Below the pieces are notes generated by a model. That model did not search any database and had not been told where the DNA came from. It worked only from the letters and a program-made list of their open reading frames with translations. A stretch of 64,000 bases of DNA from Bugula neritina (lineage: Eukaryota > Animalia > Bryozoa). Positions 1 to 11,300 of this stretch are shown here, in pieces (within the stretch, counting starts at the first letter, position 1; each line of letters opens with the position of its first letter). The stretch is from NCBI GenBank assembly GCA_964035545.1, contig OZ037771.1:4785628-4849627 (forward strand), given 5' to 3'. A program made the position numbers and the translations under genes.

Positions 1-353
1 AACCTAAGTATACTGCTTCAGTTAGCGATGACGGTACTATGGCTCCAATAAGAACTGCAAATCTAGATAGTTCCACTTGCTATTTCGAACAGGATATAAT
101 ACCTGTCAATCATTATAGAAATATCTATTAATTGATAAGGTAGTCGAACAACATATTAATAAATATTCCAAAGAATAGGATTGTGGGCCAAAATAAAGGT
201 GAAGGAGAATTTGGAATTACTGAAAGTCAAAGCAGGTTTCAACCTGAAACTGGAAGACATTACAGCAGACCTTCGCTGTTTCAGTGAGCTACTGCAGCAA
301 ACAAGTTTCATGACATCATACAATAAAAATCCACAGACCATCACATCCAAAGA

Positions 354-902
354 TGCTGAGCTCATCTGATCAGGAGATTGTTAGAATTTAACCCAATATC
401 TAGGAACCGGAATAGTAATGGTGTTAATCCTGTTCCTTTCTCGTATCAAGAGTCTATATTTATCTTAAAAGCAGCTACTGCAATTGAGGCATTTGAATTA
501 TACAATCTCAACTTACCAAACTTACAAAAAGCTTCATTAATAATGAAGCCATTGAGGTATATGATGGAGACTATAAGGAAGAAATATCCTTTCAACTTAT
601 ACCAAAAAACTGTAAAGGAAAAGGGGAAGGCAGACCATCTGCAAGGGTAAGTGTTAACTTTTAATTCGAAAATTAACTTTTACTTTAAATGAATCAATTT
701 CATTCACATTTAAACAATTATGAAAATTTACCGACGATCTGCAAATAAAAGAAAGCTTGATTTGAGCAGCGACAACAACATAGAAGATGACATATCATCA
801 AAACGCTCCATGATGAATAAGGAGGCGCAACAATAAATTGAAGATAATCTGGTCATGTTCAAAAAGTGGGGTGGCAAAATGAACAAGTGTTCTTCTACAT
901 CT
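354..902 (+). repeat. Direct repeat, copy 1 of a ~550-bp duplication (copy 2 at 2039-2588)
   Basis: Near-identical sequence from tgctgagctcatc to ttctacatct; both copies carry the same 90-aa ORF (378-650 and 2063-2335). Confidence 0.95.
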
Positions 903-1481
903 GCGTTTAGCCTCATATAAATACTCGTCTCAAACAGTAAATGACATGCTGAAAAACTGATCTTTTTTTAATTAATTAGCTTTGAAAAAACTAACAAAAA
1001 AAACAGGAAATCAATCACCAATTGTTCAAACACCACCATGAAAAATTTTTACAGCATACTTCTACTCTAATTGATTAATTTTGAGAAAACTTATAATAAA
1101 TTTATGCAGCATGAAAACACGAAACTGCTTATCAAACACAATCAGTGCATTCAAATAAAAGTACAGAATGTCCGAATTGATTGACAAGAAACAGCTAACA
1201 AAATTTTAGAAAAACACCTTGAAAATGGCAGAGAAATGACTTAATACAAACAGAAAAAGTGCTGTAGCACATAAGGCACAAGGCATGTTTCCTGTATGTC
1301 TCATTCTTCTTATGCAGTTTCTAAATGATTCCTTTGATTTTTACATAAACACCAGTTGATGAAAATAACAACTAAACCATTAATCATTTTTAATCATTAT
1401 TTACATGTTTTCCCCAATAACCACTTATAAAAGCACTTTGCATTTCAATTCAATTCACAAAGCACCCCACTTTTAGGGAAT

Positions 1482-1799
1482 ATGGAGCAACATCTACGTG
1501 AAGCAGAAGAAAGAAGAAATAATAAGAAACAAGAACTGGTTGACTGTCTGCTTGAAGTGAAAAGTCTTAAAATAGAATTAAAAGAAATAATAACAAGAAT
1601 TGACCAACTTGAGAAAATAATAAGTCAAAAGCCTACTGGATACCAATGCCTTTGCAAAGAGGTAAAGGAATTGATTAAAGCCAAGCTCAAAATAAAAGGC
1701 CTTCTTCTGAATAAAGCATACAACAAGAATATACCAAAGAAAGAAGAAGAGTTTCTCTCAGCTTCTTTATTAGGTAGACTGGGAGAATATATTAAATGA
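1482..1799 (+). CDS. 105-aa Lys/Glu-rich coiled-coil ORF, probable accessory gene of the Maverick remnant
   Basis: Intact ATG-to-TGA ORF with heptad pattern (VKSLKIELKEIITRIDQLEKII) and TATAAAAG at 1426-1433. No family recognised. Confidence 0.4.
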   Translation: MEQHLREAEERRNNKKQELVDCLLEVKSLKIELKEIITRIDQLEKIISQKPTGYQCLCKEVKELIKAKLKIKGLLLNKAYNKNIPKKEEEFLSASLLGRLGEYIK

Positions 1800-2038
1800 T
1801 TTCAACTTACACCACAAAAGCCTTTTTCAAGGCCACCCATTTATCACAAAAAGAAACAGATTGAATTTTGTAGCCACCTTGAGAAATGAAGATATTAAAA
1901 CTTTATTTGTTGATTAAGCTGCAAAATTTAAAATAAAGGTCTCATTAGGTGAAGATACTACTATAGGACAGCAGACAAAAACATGCTGGTGGAAAAATGC
2001 TAAGAAAATGCTTATGGAACCAATTGCAAATGCCGTAG

Positions 2039-2588
2039 TGCTGAGCTCATCCGATCAGGAGAGTGTTAGAATTTAACCCAATATCTAGGAACCAGGAAAG
2101 TAATGGTGTTATTCCTGTTCCTTTCTCGTATCAAGAGTATATATTTATCTTAAAACCAGCTACTGCAATTGGGGCATTTGAATTATACAATCTCAACTTA
2201 CCAAACTTACAAAAAGCTTCATTAATAATGAAGCCATTGAGGTATATGATGGAGACTATAAGGAAGAAATATCATCTCAACTTATACCAAAAGACTGTAA
2301 AGGAAAAGGAGAAAGCAGACCATCTGCAAGGGTAAGTGTTAACTTTTAATTCGAAAAATTACCTTTTACTTTAAATGAATCAATTTCATTCACATTTAAA
2401 CAATTATTAAAATTTACAGACGATCTGCAAATAAAAGAATGCTTGATTTGAGCAGCGACAACAACATAAAAGATGACATATCATCAAAACACTTCATGAT
2501 GAATAAGGAGGCTCAACAAAAAATTGAAGATAATTTGGCCATGTTTAAAAAGTGGAGTGTCACGATGAACAAATATTCTTCTACATCT
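2039..2588 (+). repeat. Direct repeat, copy 2 of a ~550-bp duplication
   Basis: Matches 354-902 with scattered substitutions. Confidence 0.95.
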
Positions 2589-3044
2589 ACTTGCTCTGCA
2601 AGCACACATGGTTAGTATTTTCAAGTTATTGAATATTTTTAATCTGTGTAAATTCTATCAATATGCCAAGTGTTTGATTATGTTAAAGGAAGTGATATAA
2701 AGAAGGTGAATTCAACTCCAAGAAAGGTTCTTCTGCCAACACCCTTCTCTTCATCCACTGTCATTGCCAATCCACCACCACCACATCCTTTTCAAAAACT
2801 ATCATCTGATGATAATCACGTTTATACCATTCGTTTAGAGGATGCAAAAGTTGAGGATCTTTTTATAGAGGTAATTATTCTTTGGAAGAGTTATATACAA
2901 GTTGCTTTTAATCTGTTTAGGGACCCAATTTTTACTTTTATATCTGTTTAACAAATTTTTGTTTTTTATACAATTAACTTATTATAATATTTTATGCATG
3001 CAAATATCTATGTTAAGGGAACTGATAGATGACTCTCAATTTGC

Positions 3045-3437
3045 CACAGATATTCATAAATTCCAATTTGTTGAATGTAAAATAAACTTTGGTGTTAGGA
3101 AAATGAATAACTACTGTAAAGGGTTCTTTAATTTTTACTGAAGGACCCCTGGTCTATTTAAACAAAAGTTCCATGGAAAAGGAATTATTGCTCTGAATTC
3201 AAAAACCTATTTTTGTTTAAAGATCTGAGGGTAAAAAACTTAGTACAAAAAGCATGATGAAACGATGTATTGACATAAAAAAGAAAAGTGGCTAAATGAA
3301 AAATCTAAAGTGCATGGAACAAAGGGCACAACAACAAAGTCATGATTACAATCAAACTAGGGCTGGTCTTAGTTTTTTTCTATGCTAAGCAAAAAGTACA
3401 TAGTGATGGAGTTACTACTTTTCCACTTGATATGTAG
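3045..3437 (+). pseudogene. Protein-primed DNA polymerase B C-terminal fragment (Maverick/adintovirus type)
   Basis: Reads through a stop as FY*RTPGLFKQKFHGKGIIALNSKTYFC and, after frameshifts, FYAKQKVHSDGVTTFPLDM*. This matches the recalled pPolB tail KRTPGLFKxE...GxxxxxLxSKTY...YFYxKRxVxxDGVxTxPLDI*. Confidence 0.8.
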
Positions 3438-3706
3438 ATATCGTGCTGTTATCACAAATATTGTGTATATCTTTTGATGCATAACAATGAATGGTAGGTA
3501 TATTATTATTTTTTACTTTTAAATGATTGTTTCGCTCTTACAATTATGTTGTATTTACAAATGTATGTGTGCTGTTTTTTTTATGACTTATTAAAAATAA
3601 ATCAAAATATAAAACTTCACACATGGTCTTTCAGATTAAAATGTATATATTATACTTGCACACTTCATTCCTTTGTCATAGATAGTTTAGTATCCAATTT
3701 ATCACA

Positions 3707-4010
3707 ATGCCTCTGCGCTTTAAAAGAAACCTTTCAGAATTACAAAAGCTTCATAGGGCATCACCTCGAAAGAAGAAAACCTTGCTTAAATCTGCAAATA
3801 GTGATTTAATTGGTGCACTTTGTGGTTGTGCTTGCAATATAATTAGAGAGAATGTTCCTTTTACTTCAAAGCAGTTCAATAATCTTAGGAAGCATCATAA
3901 ACAATTAAAAGCTCTCACTAATAAGTGAGTGTCAAAAATAAACGCAAAATCATTCAAAAGGGAGGATTTATTGAATTGTTGTTGAAGCCTCTTGCTAAGA
4001 TCTTGAATCG
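3707..4010 (+). pseudogene. Small basic Maverick/Polinton protein with QxGGF motif (disrupted)
   Basis: MPLRFKRNLSELQKLHRASPRKKKTLLKSANSDLIGALCGCACNIIRENVPFT...; after a stop at 3926 and a frameshift it continues NKRKIIQKGGFIELLLKPLAKIL, as in the recalled small Maverick protein (CEcALNxLxGNVPL...QxGGFLxxLLxP). Confidence 0.7.
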
Positions 4011-4015
4011 ACATC

Positions 4016-4760
4016 ATGAAAAAGTATTACCTAATTATTCCATCAAAATATGAAATGCTTAAATTAACTGCTAGTGCTGGAAATGATAAGCAACAAAATA
4101 AATCTGACATGTTTGCGCATCCAAATATTAAAAATGTAAAAGATATAGATCAAAATATAGAAGAAGCACTAAATAAATCAGACTCGACAGATTTTGAAAA
4201 GGTTGAAAAATACAATGCTTTATACTAGAGAAATATATCAGAAATTTTAGGAATGCTTTTTAAACCTCAAAATCTGAAGCAATCCTTGGTAAACCTGCTT
4301 TATAGCAACTATAGACTTAAATAATACTAAGGAAAATAAAAACAATAATCAGTTTCAATCTTTTGAAAAATCACTTGACAGTATTCCTACATTATACTGT
4401 CAAAAAGCCTGTAAATTGATAGATTTCCTGAAAAACAACAATCCATTTTCTTGTTAATCATGATAACGAGCTGCTTTACAAAGATCAAGTATTAAGAGGT
4501 TCAAATGTTAATCAATTGATCAATGATGCAGTACAAGGCAAAAAACCAGTAACAAGCGACCCATTATTTACACCGTTTGTAGAAAATTTGAATGCAGAAG
4601 GATACCCAGCTAAACAGATATTGTCCAAGAGCCCTTTCCAAAACCCTCCAATAACATCTAAAATAAGTATATTCCAAAACTGAAAAAAGGCAAGCCTCAA
4701 AGGCGTTTAGCCCCATATAAATATTCGTCTCAAACAGTAGATGACATACTGAAAAACTGA
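4016..4760 (+). pseudogene. Conserved Maverick hypothetical protein (disrupted)
   Basis: Fragments across stops and frameshifts: IDQNIEEALNKSDSTDFEKVEKYN; LDSIPTLYCQKACKLIDFLKNN; ELLYKDQVLRGSNVNQLINDAV. These resemble the Maverick ORF with GELxYxGxxIxGSNIxDLxxD that usually precedes the integrase. Confidence 0.65.
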
Positions 4761-4813
4761 GTTTCCTCAAAATTATCAAAAAACACAATGCTGCAGCTTC
4801 CAACACATCAAAC

Positions 4814-4852
4814 AATTTTTATTTTAATCCTTGAGAAGTTGGAAGCTTAGGT
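4814..4852 (+). pseudogene. N-terminal stub of a Maverick-type integrase
   Basis: NFYFNP*EVGSLG resembles the YYxPxxPGSFGG start of Maverick integrases and lies in the expected position, but it is only 13 codons. Confidence 0.4.
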
Positions 4853-6775
4853 TGAAAGCGTGTATTTTCCAAACGTTTGAATTCCCACAAATTTGTTCAT
4901 ACGTTTGTGTTTTCGTGTCAAATAGACAATTCCGTGTGATTCTCACAAGTGTGAGGCCAGGCCTTTGCTCTAGCAGCAGATAGATGCTGACAGGCCAGAC
5001 AGAGCTATAGCATCCAACTACTATTATAAACCAATCAACTTGTCAGTTATAAAGCTAATGACTGATTTACGTGTTGGCTACAGTATTGATAAATTGGTAC
5101 TTAATTGTGCAATAACAAGTCAATACCATTCTGTAAGCATGCGTAGAGTTCATCAATCAAACTAGGACTAGGCCGGCGCTCAAATTAAGCAGGCTGAAGC
5201 CGTATACCAACTAGTAATCTTTAAAATCATGAACCATAAATTTATCTAGAGCTTAAAAAGTAGCCACATTTACTAGCACATACAGCCTCTTGAGTTAATG
5301 AACAATCCATACAAAACTACCACTGCTCTTGTAAGAGCTGAGGTGAACAGCCAGTTGAAATTTGCATTGCATGTAACTACATGATGAATCACTGTCATAA
5401 TATATTTGACTGTTGCTTTCATTAGATTAAATATGATTATATAACAAGTATGACAGGCTTTCTATCAGTACCCAGTTTTTACCATCATAATTTAAGGTGA
5501 CACGGCTGGTAAAACACGCAGTTTTCAAAGGTTCAAATTTCATCTCTTTCACTTCTAGCTTTGCACGTTTTACCATGCTTAGGTTTTAAACCAAGTATCA
5601 AAAAACAAAAAATGTAAAAGTTCATTTTTTTAGCACTTCCTTCTGCCTTTTTTATAACTAGTAGCTGAAAAATAGTGCATCAGTAGTAAAATAAAACTTA
5701 TGATACTTAAGCCTGAGTGACCCAGATAGTTCTATTGATTTATTGTTTTTATTGGGATAGAGTTTGCAACAGCAGAGTAGAAAAAAGTAAAAATTGAAAA
5801 TCCTGCTAAACTACTTTATATATATATATAGTAGCTTAGTGACAAGCAATGCAAAACTAGTGCACGATTCCAATGCTTCACAGCACAGCAAACATTCTGT
5901 CAAATAACTTTTAAATTGAAAAGCTTATCAATAACATAACTTTAATAATAAAGTCAGGTACTAATATTATATAACAGTGTTGTAGGGTCTTGATGCATTT
6001 AAGAACCATTTACAATAACTATACAGTTACTAACTACTTATCAGACAGAGTACGGCTGTATGTTGTAGATTTTCTATCAACACAATAGCAAAAACAGGAA
6101 TACATTTATCATAAAATGACACCTTTTGCCTGAAATGAGTTATGAAATAGCTTTTAAATGCAAATGCAACTATTAAAGCTACTGCTGTATGATAAACAAC
6201 ATTGTGGGTACTTTCTGAAATGCTGGTCATGATTGATAAATATATGGCAAAACTAAACGTTATTTATGAAACTCTGAATATGCAAATATCCTGGTAAGAC
6301 ACCAGCTAGGTAATTACTTGGTTGCACCCATGTATGCCATATGGTCTTCAATTATATTATTGAAAATACCAAATCTTATATTTACCAATCAGTTATATTA
6401 TGTTGCCAGGACACTATGTCTTCTATACATGCTACAGAGGACAGCTACCAGACAGCTACAATATATACAATATAAAACCAGTACAATATTTTATCAAAGC
6501 TGTAAAAACATCATTGTGAATGCTTTTGTTATATGCGAGTGGTAGTGTGCCTCTACACAATTACCTATGGGTGCTAGCGTGATAACTATAAAATTGCTGA
6601 TTTAACAAGAGTGACCTGTCAACTACAATACCAATTGGAGTTGCCAGAGAAAATCATTCTCGTGTTACCACAACCAGAGCTAACTGCTGGCATTTATAAA
6701 ATCAACATAGCATCAATGCACTATGAACTATAGTTAGGACTGTGATAAACAGCCATGCACAAACTGAAAAATAAT

Positions 6776-6848
6776 TGCCCTCACTGGGATTCGAACCCAA
6801 GACCTCTGGATTGCAAGCAAGTGTGCTAATCATTACACCACTGGATCA
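6776..6848 (-). mobile_element. tRNA-derived SINE head or tRNA pseudogene
   Basis: Minus strand has an A-box-like TGGTGTAATGA and a B box/T-arm TTGGGTTCGAATCCCAG; the acceptor and anticodon stems do not pair. Confidence 0.6.
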
Positions 6849-8364
6849 CTGGTAAAATCATCACTACATAAACCAGGCAACAGCAAATAATTAATAAAAG
6901 ATTAATTCCTCACTATTTGAGAGAATTAAAGGAGATTGTTGTGGACTGATAACTAACTACATATAAAAGTTATAATTTTAGACAACCACAGACTTAAACT
7001 ACATTGCTTGTAGCTTCCACTTTATAATTCTAAAAGTTTAAAGTCTCCTTAGATAGTGTTACAAAATATTTCATAAGAGAAACTTTATTATTTTGAATAA
7101 ACTAAACAAGGGCTATAAAACTAAAACTTAACATCAAAACAGAAAATTTAGAGCTGTTAACCTCATTAATTTTATATTATGTTATTAAAGCTATACATTT
7201 GCCTAATTAAAATCATCCTACACTATACCCAGTCAGTTATTTATGATATACATACCATGATTCCTATTTTCTGACCAAACAATAATTGTTTATGCCTTAG
7301 CTGGCATTTTCTCTAATAACTTTCAGATTGATTCAATGTGACCAGTTTTGTTACACATGCCATGTATAAACAAAGTAGGCTCCAACTTTTATCCTGACTA
7401 AATGTTTATATAGTGCACCTATAATGAAATAAAACAAAGTCCAATACACCATATTGGATACTAAAACTATATATTATTTCTAAATAAACTTAATTTTTAA
7501 TAAAAAAATACAAACTTCTTTAAAATAAATATTCTTTTTATGATCTCCTGTCTGGTAATTCATTCCCCTGCATATTTTTATAGAGACCTAGAATTTGCTA
7601 ATTCTAATGCAAAAAGCTTGCATCCACTATAAAGTAGATCTCGTGTGGTATTCATGGGTATCTTAAATGAAATCATAATTGTGAAATATAATATATTTTA
7701 CATTGTGCATAATATCATACTAGTTTGAACAAATCAGTCTTAAGTTTTTGCATAATGTGAACAAGTTTTGACTGTCACAAAACTTTTAAAAGCTGAAGAA
7801 GAAGCTGACTGAAGTGTTAGTCAAGCAGTTATTAGTATTAGTATGTGAATAAGTTTAGAGTTGATATAAATATAAACTTACCATTTAACCCAGCATTAAG
7901 GCAGTGAGAAATCTAGCAAACTAGCTGGAACTGTAAAAATTAAGATGATCTATAAATGACTTAATTGTTTCCTCTATGCTTTTTAAAAATGAAAAATATA
8001 GGAAAGCCACAACTTGAGAGAAACCTTAATTAGTTTTCTTATAGTTTACAGGACAAGCGGCAAGCTTGCAATAACATTATATATTCACCACATTTCCATC
8101 ATAATGAGAATGGATTGCAATTTGCATAACAGGATAATAGTTATACCGCAGGAAGCGGCGTTGGTTTCTTCCAGTTTATGATGACGAATTACAATTAATA
8201 GATATAGTATCTGTGTGGACTCTCAGTGCGTAACTGCATATTGCTTATATATATAAACAATTGTGCAATATTTTGACTACTTTCATTTGATTTAGTGTTA
8301 TAAAATATCTTGAATAAACTTTTTTTTATATTTCTACTGGAACATTTTGAGTATCACAAAAACT

Positions 8365-11300
8365 TTATACTTGTACAATTGACAAATTAGTCGTACGATA
8401 TGCATTATACCAAATTCCTATAAAACAAGAGGCTGAAAACAAATAGTAAAATATTACAAATGGAGAAAGGACAACTTCTATAAAATCCCATGAAATGCTA
8501 CTTATCATTAATAACTGAGCATTAAAACCTTGCGATAAGATAATATTGAACAATGAAATAATCCACAGTGCAATATTAGCTACAGCTAAAAATGTGACGC
8601 ACTCCCTGCCAGGTTTTGACACACTAGAGTTCGTACTTGGCAGGTGAGAGTCAGGTGTACAGAGTTTAAGTGACATGACAATAACTGACATCTGTGCCAG
8701 TGATTGCACCAACTCAGTAAGACATGTGGCTAAGACTAGCAAACCTTTCAACTTATTTATATATATAATACCAGACACAATACCAACTATATCATGAGAT
8801 AGAATAGATAAGGCACACACTGCTAATAGAATATCTTCTAGTTGACTATTTTTACAGTCATTATGGTCCAGTATCCTCAGTTTTAGTAAAGCCACGACTG
8901 TCAGAACTGTCATGGTAAGATATAAGGCTATTTGATATATGTGTATAAGAAGGGTAGCCTTAGTATCATAATAGTTTTCAGAAGTTAAGAAGAAAAAGAG
9001 AATAAGACACGCTATCGCAGCCATGAGTGAGAGAATCCCAAGAAACAAGCCTCTACTGGTGTGACCACAGTCTATGGTATGATGACTGTTGTGTTTAGCT
9101 TCTAGACTTTGTTCCTTACATTCAGTGCACCTTGTGTCTGAGTCTACATCCACTGATCGCCACATTACATACAGTATACCTAAAATGCAACATATGCACA
9201 TGTAACTCAAGCATTAATTGTTGCTTTTTCTGAACATGTTATCATATAGAAAATGTATACAAACCAACTCAATGCGGGTTTGTTTGATGAGAAATATTAC
9301 TGCGTATTTCTGTTTATACTTATAAACATAACTTGTGTTATGATATTTTACAACTGTTGGAATCAAGACTTCAGCATGCTTTTAAAATCTAAATAAGTGG
9401 TATGTATTTCCAATGAACATTTTTGCTTGCTTTAAAGTTACCTTTCCCAATGAATTGAACGGTTTTTATAAGCTTTACAAAAACATAATTTATATTGTCA
9501 AATAAATAGGGCCCCATCCTTACTTTCTTTTAGGTGACACCCCATATTTTTATACTCTTTAATGAACATTTTGATGAAATAAATAGAACGGCACAAACTT
9601 ACTCATGGCTAGCAGGCAGAACTGTGCAGTGCAGGGGTAAGTGTAAGCAGAGGCTTTGAGTGTCAGTTGAACAACGTCTTCATTACTGGTGCATCCCAAC
9701 GCATCTATTCTGTTGTTATTGAGTACAGTTAGTAGGTTGTCTTCTCCTGCATCTTCAACTACAAGGTTATATAGTCACAACATTATAACAGGTATGCATT
9801 ACTATAAGACTTTTATATTATACACAAATGATATATTTTATATATCTTATATAATAGCTTAATTTACTGTACATAAGTATAATTGCTCGGTTGTTGATAA
9901 ATTAGAGTTAAATTGGATACTTTTACACTAAACTGATAAGATATCCCAATGTGTAAATTTTAGAAAGAAATTTTAAAGTGATTCTTATTAAATTTATTCT
10001 TGTGGATTAATATGTTTATTTGGGTAAAGTTTAATTCACCTCTACTTTGCTTGAATTATTAGCTGTATGCAACTTATTGTCATTTCATTGTTTAACTGCA
10101 AGGCTCTAAATATCATTTCTATTATATAATATATAGAAGTAAATCATGTTTCTAAAAAAATAAACCTGATCAGCAATGAATAAAGCTCTATATGTAAAGT
10201 TATCACAACTCCTCAGTCCATCAGGTGTTTAGGGATAAGGTTTATAAACTCATGTGAGATTATTACTACAGATTTACTTAAAACAGCCACTCCATGGTGA
10301 AATTGACCGCAGTTGTTTTGAGTTGCCGGCAAAATTATTTGTTGTTGTCAATTATTGAATTAGCAACTTTGAAAGCAACTATAGAATGTTTTGCTATACA
10401 TATTTCTGCAACAAATTAATTATATAGAACTTTTTGTCAAAATATTATATGAATAATTGGAAGTGTCAATATGTGAATAATACGAAATGCAATTATAAGA
10501 AATATAAACACTTCGAATCAAGCGGAAACCCGCCACTCTCGTAGGACCATGGCAGTGAAAAGTAACCAAAAGTGATTATATGAATAATTTAATGCTTGCA
10601 AACAAACAGCTGGTATGCGAGAACTCGGTCATGATTAACTGATGTATAACCACAGCGCATACCTTCATTGTAATCCCTCCCTTCTCTGAGACTTGCAGGA
10701 GTGTTATTGGATGGTAGAGTTAGTTGGTAGTTTGAAGAGCTGTACCGTTGAAATGTTTGCTTCTTATAATTATCGTATTGCGTAATAGTGCTTGTAATCC
10801 ATATAAAGGTGTTGGCAGCTATAAGATGCATTATCCCAAACTTAGCAGCTACCGGATATCGTCTGATATTCATCTACAATAACAGTTGAAGTTTATATTA
10901 AAAAAGCAGTTGCATTGTAAAGTGCTAATACTAGCTATAGTACTGACAGAAAACCAATGCTCATATATTATTATAATGAGTCAGACTTTTCTTTTTCTAA
11001 TTTTGTTCATGCCTAGCTATATTATTATTAGTATTTACTCTGAATTTCAAAACGTGTTTTCATGTCTATGATATGTGATAAATAAATAAATAAATCATGT
11101 AATCAATCAATAATGAGTAATTACAAGTTTAAAATACAATCATCACTGCTGCTGTTGTTGGTGCAGCTGCTAATTACAACAGTTAATAAGAATTGGCAAT
11201 GTCTTTACAGTATAGTACCTTGGCATTATTAAAGATAAAGTATATCTCTGTCATCATTAGAGTTGCTTGTGCAATGGGTTGGGCTGCACTGTGAAACTGG

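Larger units (their letters stand above)
1..4852 (+). mobile_element. Decayed Maverick/Polinton (adintovirus-like) endogenous element, truncated and rearranged
   Basis: Same-strand run of disrupted Maverick-type genes: pPolB C-terminus (3045-3437), small basic QxGGF protein (3707-4010), conserved hypothetical protein (4016-4760) and an integrase N-terminal motif (4814-4852). No TIRs seen; the left boundary is unknown or outside the window. Confidence 0.75.

Noticed and set aside
130-369. ORF 181-369 as a Maverick PolB N-terminal fragment (KVKAGFNLKLEDITADLRCF)
   Set aside because: The resemblance to the recalled KINxSFGFILxNxETGELRYF motif is too weak to call without a profile search.
6776-6848. 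Functional tRNA gene
   Set aside because: Only the T-arm folds; the acceptor and anticodon stems are broken.
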